From an uncultured Rhodothermales bacterium (GTDB taxonomy: Bacteria > Bacteroidota > Rhodothermia > Rhodothermales > CAZKDQ01): a stretch of 34,114 bases of DNA. The notes under the pieces are model-generated. The model was not told the origin of the DNA. It searched no databases and saw only the letters and a list, made by a program, of their open reading frames with translations. Location: contig CAZKDQ010000017.1 of assembly GCA_964551345.1 (NCBI GenBank), positions 1 through 34,114 of the forward strand, given 5' to 3'. Shown here in pieces: positions 8,285-16,307 of this stretch; within the stretch, counting starts at the first letter, position 1, and each line of letters opens with the position of its first letter. A program made the position numbers and the translations under genes.

Positions 8285-10309
8285 TTGATTTACTGCACTG
8301 ACATATCTCTCAGCTTCGGAGGACAGGAAGTCTTCCGCGACCTGAATTGGACCGTTCCGTCGGACAAGCGCATCGGCCTCATTGGCCCGAACGGAGCCGG
8401 AAAGTCCACGCTCCTCCGCATACTTTCCGGACGCATCAGGCCGGACAGCGGGACGCTCGCGTACGAAGGCAACGTCACTGTTGGCTATCTCGAACAGGAT
8501 GTTCAGGAGGCGGACACCGGGCAGACGGTGCTCGACGAGGCGCTGAAAGCGTTTCAGCATGTACTTGATGCTGAAGCCGAGATGGATCGCATTTCGCACG
8601 AACTCGAAGCCGAATCCGATCACACGACGGAGCGCTACGAGCGTCTCCTGCATGCTCTGGATCGGGCGCAGACGACGCTGCAGTCCAACGACTCACACAT
8701 GATCCGGCCGAAAGCGGAAGCCGTTCTGACCGGTTTGGGCTTTGAAGCCGCTGATCTTGGCAGACCGCTCGCTACTTATTCTGGTGGATGGCGGATGCGG
8801 GCGACACTTGCTCGATTGCTGCTGCGCCGGCCGTCCGTCCTCCTGCTCGACGAGCCGACCAACCACCTCGACATCGAGTCGATCGACTGGCTCGAGAACT
8901 ACCTGCAGAGCTACGAAGGCACCGTTGTCATCGTCTCGCACGACCGGTACTTCCTCGACCGGATGGTCAACCATATCAGTGAGATCGCGCACAGCCGCAT
9001 CTACGACTACGCGGGCAACTACTCGTTCTACCTGCGTGAGCGCGTGGCGCGGCGGGAAATCCAGCGCGCAGCATACGAGAATCAGCAGAAGGAAATCGCG
9101 GACACCGAGCGCTTCATCGAGCGTTTCCGATACAAAGCCACCAAGGCAACTCAGGTGCAGAGCCGGATCAAGCATCTCGAGAAGATAGAGCGCGTTCCGC
9201 CGCCTCCCTCAGAATCAGCGACGATCGGCTTCCGCTTTCCGGAGCCTCCTAAGAGCGGGCGAACGGTGCTCGAGCTGTCTCGCTTTTCCAAGACGTATCC
9301 GTCTCCCAGCGGAACGATTCATGTCTTCGACAACACAGGCCCGCTTTCGATCGAACGCGGCGATAAGATCGCGCTGATTGGGAAGAACGGTGCGGGTAAA
9401 TCCACACTTGCCCGTATTCTGAACGATCGGGAAGAGTTTGAGGGAGCGCGAGATGAGGGCTACCGCGTCATGCGAACGTTTTTCGCACAGCACCAGGCGG
9501 AAACGCTCGATCCAACACGTACGGTGCTCGAGTCGTTGCAGGAAGCATCACCCGGCGAAGGTGAGACGCGCCTCCGCACGCTGCTGGGTGCATTCCTCTT
9601 TACCGGAGATGACGTGTTCAAGCCGGTTTCGGTGCTCTCGGGCGGTGAACGCAGCCGACTCGCCCTCGCCCGAACGCTGCTGTCGCCGGCCAACTTCTTG
9701 ATTCTTGACGAGCCGACCAACCACCTCGACATCCAGTCGATCGAGGTTCTCGTGGAGGCGCTCAAGCAGTACACCGGCACGTTTGTCGTCGTGTCGCACG
9801 ATCGTCATTTTCTGGATGAGGTTGCAACGAAGGTTTGGGCAGTTGGCGGCGGTGCGGTTCGCGAGTTTCCCGGTACGTACTCCGAGTATCGATGGAGCCT
9901 CGAGCAGGGTACCGCCGCCTCACATCAGCCGGCGGCGCCGGTCGCTCCTGCTGATGTTCGGAGCCGTGAGTCGAATGGACCGGCGAGCGGCCCAAAGTCG
10001 CGTGAGCAAAAGCGGCGCGAGGCTAAGGAACGCCAGGCGCTTTACGATGCGCTCGAGCGAGGTGAATCGATCGATCTTGATGCCCTTACCGGCGAGCAGC
10101 GGCAGCGACTCTACGAACGAGTTGAGTCGGAAGTGCTCGAGCTGGAGACATTGGTCGAATCCCTCCAGGCTCGAATGGCCGACTCTGAGGTCTATCAGGA
10201 TGCGCGGTCGTTCGGTCGTGTGGCCGCGGAGCTGGAGCGAGCACAGGATCGACTTGCCGACCGAACTCGGCGGTGGGAAGAGCTCGCGGACCTGCTCGCA
10301 GCGGGCTGA
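8285..10309 (+). CDS. ABC-F family ATPase (two NBDs, inter-domain linker, C-terminal coiled-coil extension)
   Basis: Two Walker A motifs (GPNGAGKST, GKNGAGKST), two signatures (YSGGWRMR, LSGGERSR) and two Walker B motifs (LLLDEPTNHLD, LILDEPTNHLD). I chose TTG 8285 (LIYCTDISLSFGG) because the tracked start at 8162 overlaps the divergent gene. Confidence 0.88.
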   Translation: MIYCTDISLSFGGQEVFRDLNWTVPSDKRIGLIGPNGAGKSTLLRILSGRIRPDSGTLAYEGNVTVGYLEQDVQEADTGQTVLDEALKAFQHVLDAEAEMDRISHELEAESDHTTERYERLLHALDRAQTTLQSNDSHMIRPKAEAVLTGLGFEAADLGRPLATYSGGWRMRATLARLLLRRPSVLLLDEPTNHLDIESIDWLENYLQSYEGTVVIVSHDRYFLDRMVNHISEIAHSRIYDYAGNYSFYLRERVARREIQRAAYENQQKEIADTERFIERFRYKATKATQVQSRIKHLEKIERVPPPPSESATIGFRFPEPPKSGRTVLELSRFSKTYPSPSGTIHVFDNTGPLSIERGDKIALIGKNGAGKSTLARILNDREEFEGARDEGYRVMRTFFAQHQAETLDPTRTVLESLQEASPGEGETRLRTLLGAFLFTGDDVFKPVSVLSGGERSRLALARTLLSPANFLILDEPTNHLDIQSIEVLVEALKQYTGTFVVVSHDRHFLDEVATKVWAVGGGAVREFPGTYSEYRWSLEQGTAASHQPAAPVAPADVRSRESNGPASGPKSREQKRREAKERQALYDALERGESIDLDALTGEQRQRLYERVESEVLELETLVESLQARMADSEVYQDARSFGRVAAELERAQDRLADRTRRWEELADLLAAG

Positions 10310-10317
10310 TTGCCACC

Positions 10318-11505
10318 ATGCGCCGCGGCCTCGTCTGCATCCTTCTTTGTGTCGCGGCCTGGGACGTCATGCCGGCCGGTGCCCAGATCTCGAGGCTTCC
10401 GCATTCAGCGCCTCCACATCATTTTTTCGGAAGTGCCGTCGCGCTTTCCGGCGATACCGCGATCGTCGGTGCAGGTGGTGAAGAGGCCTGTGGGACGAAC
10501 GCCGGCGCCGCGTTCATCTTCGATCGGGACACCACGTCCGGTGTCTGGAGCCAGTCGGCCCGGATCGCATGCAGGAATTGCGAACCGAATCAGTTCTTCG
10601 GGCACCGTGTGGCCATCTCCGGCGATGTTGCCGTCGTTGCTGCGGGCGTAGAGTACTTTGCGACCGAGCACCCGAACGTGGCGCACGTGTTCGAGCGGGA
10701 CGCAACCGGCGCTTGGAAGGAGGTAGCGCACTTGAGACCGAACGTGGAGATCTCCGGCACCTTCGCGTCATCGGTTGATGTGGATGGAGATCGCATCCTC
10801 GTCGTTGCTTCCGGCGACCACATCCATGGCCGCTACACGGGTGATGCTTTCATATTCGAACGTTCTGATGCAGGCGATTGGCTTCAGACAGCGCACATCG
10901 TTCCGACGATTGGACCGAGCAGACGAGGCGATGCATTCGGCCGTTCAGGTGCCATTCATGCTAACCGCGTGATCATCAGCGCTCCCGGAAGAGCCGGCGC
11001 ACAGTTGGGCTCCGTGTACATTTTCGAGATGGATACACCCAGCGGCGCGTGGCTGCAGCGGGCGCGATTCGACGGCTACTCCGACGCGAACATCGCCGTC
11101 GACATTTATGGCGATCTCGCCGTCACCGGTGATCATGAGCGTGGCGGCGTCGGCCGCGGAACTGCCCGTCTGTATGGAAGGGATGACACCGGAAGCTGGA
11201 AATTGCTCCAGCACCTCGTACCCGCGGTCTCGAGTCAATCAGGAGGAGTCGGTACGGACGTCGCGGTTCGGACGGGGCGCGCGCTGATTGTGGGCTACGA
11301 CGAACAGCTCGATCAGGAGACCAACATCGACCGCGTCGTTTTCGTCTTCGAACCCGATTCTTCAGGGACCTGGCGCCAGCGGCACGTCATCGACATCGGC
11401 CGGACGGAATTCGGCGCCGCACTCGACGTGGATTCGGGCTACGCCATCGTCGGCGACTCAGGCGATTTCACGCCCGGAGCCGCCTATGTGGTACGAGTGC
11501 ACTGA
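10318..11505 (+). CDS. secreted FG-GAP-like seven-bladed beta-propeller protein
   Basis: Signal peptide MRRGLVCILLCVAAWDVMPAGAQ. Seven copies of a ~55-aa unit follow: FG..VA(I/L)SGD.A(I/V)VGA...G(A/S)(A/V)(F/Y)IF(E/D)RD. Confidence 0.75.
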   Translation: MRRGLVCILLCVAAWDVMPAGAQISRLPHSAPPHHFFGSAVALSGDTAIVGAGGEEACGTNAGAAFIFDRDTTSGVWSQSARIACRNCEPNQFFGHRVAISGDVAVVAAGVEYFATEHPNVAHVFERDATGAWKEVAHLRPNVEISGTFASSVDVDGDRILVVASGDHIHGRYTGDAFIFERSDAGDWLQTAHIVPTIGPSRRGDAFGRSGAIHANRVIISAPGRAGAQLGSVYIFEMDTPSGAWLQRARFDGYSDANIAVDIYGDLAVTGDHERGGVGRGTARLYGRDDTGSWKLLQHLVPAVSSQSGGVGTDVAVRTGRALIVGYDEQLDQETNIDRVVFVFEPDSSGTWRQRHVIDIGRTEFGAALDVDSGYAIVGDSGDFTPGAAYVVRVH

Positions 11506-11532
11506 GACAATCGCTAGAATCTGCGCAATGAC

Positions 11533-11838
11533 TCAGTTGGGAGTGACCCAGCTTTCGTGCTCGAGCCACACCGAAAGGGCGCGATCGTCTTCGCCAAAAG
11601 GTGATCCGTGACTGCGGTAAAGGCTGTCCGCCTGAACTTTCAGCTTGCTCAGGCTCAGCGAGAGATCCTTGAGAGCCATCGAGAGGTCCCGCGCCGCCGC
11701 TTCGAGGTCGCGCACCGATCGGGCGAAGTCGTCTTCCTTGTTCATCAGAATGAGGTAATCCTTGGTATGAGAGTGGTCAACTCTGCGCGCAAGCCGGGGC
11801 TCCACCTGGATACGCAGCGTGGCGGGATCGTTTATCAA
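11533..11838 (-). CDS. hypothetical small protein (101 aa from TTG 11838, or 70 aa from ATG 11745), predicted helical
   Basis: The open frame has host-like GC-rich third positions (ATG AAC AAG GAA GAC GAC TTC GCC ...). I do not recognise a family. Confidence 0.5.
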   Translation of the reverse strand: MINDPATLRIQVEPRLARRVDHSHTKDYLILMNKEDDFARSVRDLEAAARDLSMALKDLSLSLSKLKVQADSLYRSHGSPFGEDDRALSVWLEHESWVTPN

Positions 11839-11999
11839 TCACGGCCCGAAACGATAGTACGTCACATCCGAGGCCACTCGATGCGCCTCGAGCGCAAGTT
11901 GTATATAGCGGATCGCTCGTCAGATCTCTGCTCTTCCCGCTGATGATGCTTCGGCAGATGCGCCAATTAGCCTGCTGGTCATCGTCCGCCAAGCCGATG

Positions 12000-12419
12000 C
12001 TACGGCCTCTCAACTCTATTACCGTAGATGCGCGGGCAGTCCGACGCGATGCGCTTCAGGAGCGGCGCCATGTCTAGCATCATATCCAGAAACGCTTCCG
12101 CCTCGGCGGGTGAGTGCCGCTGCACTACGCTGTCTTGTCTGATGGCAACACGATCGGCATCAACCGAATAGTCATCGATCAACCCTAGATCCTTGCACAG
12201 GTGTAATAACCGGAGGGGTGGCGTATCCCCGCCGGGCGAGACCCAATCCATTTCATCACCACGAATGATCCTTCTGCACGTCGCCCTAACCGCTGCAACG
12301 CGGTGTGGCTTCCCCTCGCCTGTTACGATGGCGCAATTCCATCCTCCCGCATCTAATCGGGAGACACGCCGCGCAGGAGCCGGCGCCTGATCAGGCAACG
12401 ATACCGGCTTGCGGCTCAA
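12000..12419 (-). CDS. hypothetical protein carrying module copy B (139 aa from TTG 12419, or 83 aa from ATG 12251)
   Basis: ORF with atypical codons (consecutive TTA TTA, plus CTA, AGA, AGG). It is paralogous to the upstream 85-aa ORF: 16 identities over 52 ungapped positions by manual alignment. Confidence 0.4.
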   Translation of the reverse strand: MSRKPVSLPDQAPAPARRVSRLDAGGWNCAIVTGEGKPHRVAAVRATCRRIIRGDEMDWVSPGGDTPPLRLLHLCKDLGLIDDYSVDADRVAIRQDSVVQRHSPAEAEAFLDMMLDMAPLLKRIASDCPRIYGNRVERP

Positions 12420-12648
12420 TCCGGTCAGGGCATGACCGGTGAGTCCAGGCGTGTCGCAAATCCGGCCGGTACTTCAGCGCTCCGAGCAGGAACAGCCGCG
12501 CCTCATCTGGAGAAAATGTCCATCGCCCCAGCCCCGTGCGGATTATGATTCCGCTCTTGACATGTTCGTATCCAGCTATCACAGCCGTCGAGAGACAGAA
12601 CTCCAGCAAGGCATTCGTCGGGTTCTCGTTCTCGATAGGTAGCTGCAC
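12391..12648 (-). CDS. hypothetical protein carrying module copy A (85 aa, GTG start)
   Basis: ORF with moderately GC-rich third positions. It shares the pattern LLxxCxxxxxIxxY...IR...SPxEAxxFL...PxL...CPxRI with the downstream ORF and overlaps it by 29 nt in a different frame. Confidence 0.4.
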   Translation of the reverse strand: MQLPIENENPTNALLEFCLSTAVIAGYEHVKSGIIIRTGLGRWTFSPDEARLFLLGALKYRPDLRHAWTHRSCPDRIEPQAGIVA

Positions 12649-13075
12649 GGCAAGATTGCGCGCTGTTTGACGCGATACATGACGCCGCGGGTGAACACCC
12701 TAACGGCAGAAAATTCACAGACGTGCTGAATCTCGGTCCACCCGAGACGGGGTGCTGTAACGGAAACGGGAATTCGGCCTGCACGCGGCGTGATATCACG
12801 TATGCTCGCTGCTACCCATTTTGAAATCCGGCGGTCCCGATGTACTAATGGACGTGCATCGATTCGCAGCATAAAGCCGGAGATTTAGATCCAGGGTCCT
12901 CCCGTTACGATGCGTGGCGCGGCCGGCCCTTTACGCACTCCGCGGGCTTTCATGGGCGGGTCGATGCACTGTTATGAACGGCGGTAACGTTATAGTCTGT
13001 GTCTGCCCCGTTTCGGTTGCCCCCGCACGACTGTGCTATGTTGTTGGTGCATCAGCAACAGCTCTCGCCATTTCC

Positions 13076-13243
13076 ATGACTCTCCAGAATATTTCAGGGC
13101 GCCGCCAGTTCAGTCTCAGCCGGTTACAGCCTACCACTCAGGTGCTGATCATGCTGGCTTTCACCCTCGTCCTCGTGGGGCTTATCGCGCTGGCGGGCTA
13201 CCTCCTGCCGGGAGCCGTCACCGGTGCGGCCACCCTCCCCTGA
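13076..13243 (+). CDS. possible 55-aa single-pass membrane peptide upstream of uvrB
   Basis: From ATG 13076 the frame reads MTLQNISGRRQFSLSRLQPTTQVLIMLAFTLVLVGLIALAGYLLPGAVTGAATLP. The hydrophobic segment has GC-rich third positions. No family recognised. Confidence 0.3.
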   Translation: MTLQNISGRRQFSLSRLQPTTQVLIMLAFTLVLVGLIALAGYLLPGAVTGAATLP

Positions 13244-13316
13244 TCCCGTGGGGAAACGCCACAGCACTATCATCGTCTGAGATGAGTTCGTCCATCACCG
13301 GCGACTCCTTTCCGAC

Positions 13317-15368
13317 ATGACGTCAGCGCTGCCTCCATCTCCTTACGATCTGCAATCCGATTTCGAGCCGACGGGCGACCAGCCAGGCGCGATCGCCGAA
13401 CTCACGGACGGTCTTGCGCGGGGTGATAGCTATCAGACCCTGCTCGGCGCAACGGGAACGGGCAAGACATTCACCATCAGCCATGTCGTCCAGAACGCGA
13501 GCAAACCCGTTCTGGTGATGAGCCACAACAAGACGCTAGCTGCACAGCTCTACGCCGAGCTGAAGTCGTTCTTCCCCGACAACGCAGTCGAGTTCTTCAT
13601 CTCCTACTACGACTACTATCAGCCTGAAGCCTACATCGTCCACTCGGATACGTACATCGAGAAGGACATGGCGATCAACGACCGGATCGATCGGCTGCGC
13701 CTGCGAGCGACGAGTTCTCTGGTTTCGGGAAGGAAGGACGTCATCGTCGTCGCCAGTGTCTCCTGCATCTTCGGCCTTGGCTCTCCGGAAGAGTTCTCGT
13801 CGCAGATCGTCCAGCTTCGCCGCGGCGATCATATCGAGCGCAACGACCTGCTGCATCGGCTGATCAGCATCTTCTACTCCCGGAACGATGTTGAATTCTC
13901 GCCGGGCAACTTCCGCGTACGCGGCGATGTCGTCGACGTCTTCCCCGCCTACATGGAAGATCTGGCCTATCGGATCGAGTTCTGGGGGGATGAGATTGAT
14001 CGCATCACCGTGATCGATGCATTCACGGGCGAGAGCCGGTTAGAGGAGGACCTGGTGACGATCTACCCTGCGAAGATTTTCGTGACTCCGAAGGAGCAGC
14101 TCGAGCGTGCCATTAAATCGATCGAGGAGGAATTACGCTGGCGGCTCGCAATTTTGCGGGAGGAAGGTCTGCTTGTCGAAGCCCAGCGCCTGGAGCAGCG
14201 GACGCTTTTCGATATCGAGATGATGAAGGAGGTCGGTTATTGCTCCGGCATCGAGAACTATTCGCGTCACCTGACAGGACGTGAGCCGGGCGAGCGGCCG
14301 TACTGTCTCTTCGATTACTTCCCCGACGATTATTTACTGGTGATCGATGAGAGCCACGTCACGGTTCCACAGATTCGGGCGATGTACAACGGCGACCGCG
14401 CGCGGAAATTGACGCTGGTTGAACATGGATTCCGGCTGCCGTCGGCGCTGGATAACCGGCCGATGACGTTTGAGGAATTCGAGGCGCGGCACGATCAGGT
14501 GATCTTCGCCAGCGCAACGCCAGGCGATTATGAGCTCGAGAAATCCGGCGGTGTCTTCGTCGAGCAGGTGATCCGGCCGACGGGCATTCCGGATCCACAA
14601 GTCGAGATTCGGCCGACGAAGAATCAGATCGATGATCTGATGGAGGAGGTCCGGATAATCATTCGCCGCAACGAGCGCGTCCTCGTAACGACCCTGACCA
14701 AGCGGATGGCTGAGGACCTGTCCGATTACTTTGATTCGTACGGCATCCGCACGCGCTACATCCACTCCGACATCGATGCGCTCGAGCGTGTTGACATCCT
14801 GCGGGAACTGCGGCTTGGGGAATATGACGTTCTCGTCGGCGTAAACCTTCTTCGCGAGGGGCTCGATCTGCCCGAGGTATCGCTCGTTGCCATCATCGAT
14901 GCGGATAAAGAAGGATTTCTGCGCAGCGAGCGCTCGCTCATTCAGACGGCAGGGCGCGCGGCGCGTAACGTCAACAGCCGCATCATCATGTATGCCGACA
15001 CCGTGACCGGCTCGATGCAGCGCATGATGGACGAGACGAACCGCCGACGCGAGATCCAGCTTGCTTATAATGAGGAGCATGGAATCACACCGCGAACGGT
15101 CACGAAGTCGCGTGAGCAGATCATGCGTGGAACGGTCATCGCCGAGGAGAAAGGTGCGCGGAAAGTGCCGGCCGATCACTACTACACCGGCTCGGAAAAC
15201 GTGCGCGTGGCGGCGGATCCCGTCGTAAAGTATCTGACGGATGATCAGAAGCGCGATCTCGTCAAGCAGATGCGCAGCGAAATGATCGAGGCGGCGGAGA
15301 ACCTCGAGTTCGAGCGCGCGGCAGAGCTTCGCGACAGCATCAGCCAGATTGAGAAGGCATTGGGATGA
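13317..15368 (+). CDS. uvrB: excinuclease ABC subunit B
   Basis: Full-length match to the UvrB pattern: [32 protein letters not shown], and a C-terminal UVR motif [11 protein letters not shown]. Confidence 0.97.
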   Translation: MTSALPPSPYDLQSDFEPTGDQPGAIAELTDGLARGDSYQTLLGATGTGKTFTISHVVQNASKPVLVMSHNKTLAAQLYAELKSFFPDNAVEFFISYYDYYQPEAYIVHSDTYIEKDMAINDRIDRLRLRATSSLVSGRKDVIVVASVSCIFGLGSPEEFSSQIVQLRRGDHIERNDLLHRLISIFYSRNDVEFSPGNFRVRGDVVDVFPAYMEDLAYRIEFWGDEIDRITVIDAFTGESRLEEDLVTIYPAKIFVTPKEQLERAIKSIEEELRWRLAILREEGLLVEAQRLEQRTLFDIEMMKEVGYCSGIENYSRHLTGREPGERPYCLFDYFPDDYLLVIDESHVTVPQIRAMYNGDRARKLTLVEHGFRLPSALDNRPMTFEEFEARHDQVIFASATPGDYELEKSGGVFVEQVIRPTGIPDPQVEIRPTKNQIDDLMEEVRIIIRRNERVLVTTLTKRMAEDLSDYFDSYGIRTRYIHSDIDALERVDILRELRLGEYDVLVGVNLLREGLDLPEVSLVAIIDADKEGFLRSERSLIQTAGRAARNVNSRIIMYADTVTGSMQRMMDETNRRREIQLAYNEEHGITPRTVTKSREQIMRGTVIAEEKGARKVPADHYYTGSENVRVAADPVVKYLTDDQKRDLVKQMRSEMIEAAENLEFERAAELRDSISQIEKALG

Positions 15369-15504
15369 TCACGCATGCGGCGAACGAGTCGCGGTTGCCA
15401 GGATTGAACGGGGCAGTAACGAACGCCTGTCAACCTGTTTGCAGGTGAACCTTCAACTCAACTGCGTACTTTAAGCGGTTCCCAGTCCATCTGCAGCAAC
15501 AGGT

Positions 15505-15885
15505 ATGGAACGTGTCGACCCCTTGATGATGAAGGCGCAGCAGTTCTTGCGTAGCGCTGCCATCCTATTCGAGATGGAGGATTACGACGGCGCCGTGTCG
15601 CGTTCGTACTTCGCGATGCTCTTTGCGGTGCAGGCCGCGCTGATCGTCGAATCAGGATCGCTCCCGTCTCGCCTTTCCATCCGAGCCGCCTTCACACAGC
15701 GGTACATCGACACAGGTCGTCTTCCTGAGCGCGCCGCCGAGGCACTCCAGCGCGCGGCGGATCTGCAGGAGGTCGCCGATTATGCGCGAGAGTTTGCGGT
15801 CCGAGACGATGTCGCGGAGCGAATCCTTCAGGAGGCCGAGGCGTTTGTGAACAGCCTCGCACGGGTCGCCGTGCAGTACGCGTGA
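15505..15885 (+). CDS. HEPN-domain-like protein (no adjacent nucleotidyltransferase gene)
   Basis: The four-helix pattern [28 protein letters not shown]......L..A.DL.EVADY is typical of the PF05168-type HEPN fold. The ORF contains no His residue. Confidence 0.6.
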   Translation: MERVDPLMMKAQQFLRSAAILFEMEDYDGAVSRSYFAMLFAVQAALIVESGSLPSRLSIRAAFTQRYIDTGRLPERAAEALQRAADLQEVADYAREFAVRDDVAERILQEAEAFVNSLARVAVQYA

Positions 15886-15911
15886 AAAACGCTGCGCTCT
15901 GCACGCTCTGC

Positions 15912-15943
15912 TTTGATCCGCGCGGCGCAGGTCCTTATATTTA
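15912..15943 (+). promoter_or_regulatory. candidate Bacteroidota-type promoter for rpmE (TTTG -33-like, TATATTTA -7-like)
   Basis: TTTG lies at 15912-15915 and TATATTTA at 15936-15943, separated by 20 nt and about 40 nt upstream of ATG 15984. Confidence 0.35.
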
Positions 15944-15983
15944 CAAGCTTGATCCAGACGAAATCGCTCCAGCGCGACGTATT

Positions 15984-16190
15984 ATGAAAAAAGACATTCA
16001 TCCCGAATACAAGCCGATCAATGTCGTGCTCGCCGACGGCACGCAAGTCGAAATGCGCTCGACGATGGGCTCGGACGTTTACCAGTCAGACGTTGATGCC
16101 ACGAACCACCCGTTCTACACGGGGCGGCGCCAGTACGTGGACACCGCAGGCCGTGTCGAGAAGTTCATGCGGCGTTACGGCAAGAAATAA
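15984..16190 (+). CDS. rpmE: 50S ribosomal protein L31 (short, Cys-less form)
   Basis: [29 protein letters not shown]...[31 protein letters not shown] 15984 is chosen over the tracked GTG 15882. Confidence 0.93.
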   Translation: MKKDIHPEYKPINVVLADGTQVEMRSTMGSDVYQSDVDATNHPFYTGRRQYVDTAGRVEKFMRRYGKK

Positions 16191-16214
16191 CTCCTTCAAG
16201 CCTGTTGGAACGAA

Positions 16215-16249
16215 GGGTGGATCCGGTTTCGGGTCCACCCTTTTCTATT
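16215..16249 (+). terminator. rho-independent terminator after rpmE
   Basis: GGGTGGATCC / GGGTCCACCC forms a stem (one G-U pair) with a GGTTTC loop, followed by TTTTCTATT. Confidence 0.7.
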
Positions 16250-16307
16250 GTCGCGATTATCGTAGATTGAGCCATTATTGATCTACGTTTGCATGATAGA
16301 GGCTGAG

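Noticed and set aside
9705-10481. 258-aa plus-strand ORF overlapping the ABC-F 3' half and the propeller gene start
   Set aside because: It is out of frame with two well-supported genes. The Ser/Arg-rich translation is typical of an alternative frame in GC-rich coding DNA.
12800-12840. Possible tRNA fragment or att site in the orphan patch (…CTACCCATTTTGAAATCCGGCGG…)
   Set aside because: No anticodon stem complementarity, no T-loop GTTCGAATC-like motif, and no flanking direct repeats or integrase gene are present.
12579-12872. 97-aa minus-strand ORF with an ATG start upstream of module A
   Set aside because: I did not call it as a gene. Third-position GC is only about 50%, it overlaps module A by 70 nt out of frame, and only a weak C...AV resemblance to the module is visible. 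It is kept as a possible decayed fragment under the orphan-patch finding.
12940-13316. Possible LexA/SOS operator upstream of uvrB
   Set aside because: I looked for CTGT-N8-ACAG and similar palindromes. Only the short palindrome TAACGTTA and unpaired CTGT motifs are present, so nothing is convincing.
14334-15179. 281-aa minus-strand ORF inside uvrB
   Set aside because: It is antisense to an unambiguous uvrB and has a low-complexity, Arg-rich translation, so it is a shadow ORF.
15369-15504. Search for a missed MNT (nucleotidyltransferase) ORF upstream of the HEPN gene
   Set aside because: The longest ORF in the spacer is about 10 codons (ATG 15375), so no partner gene is present.
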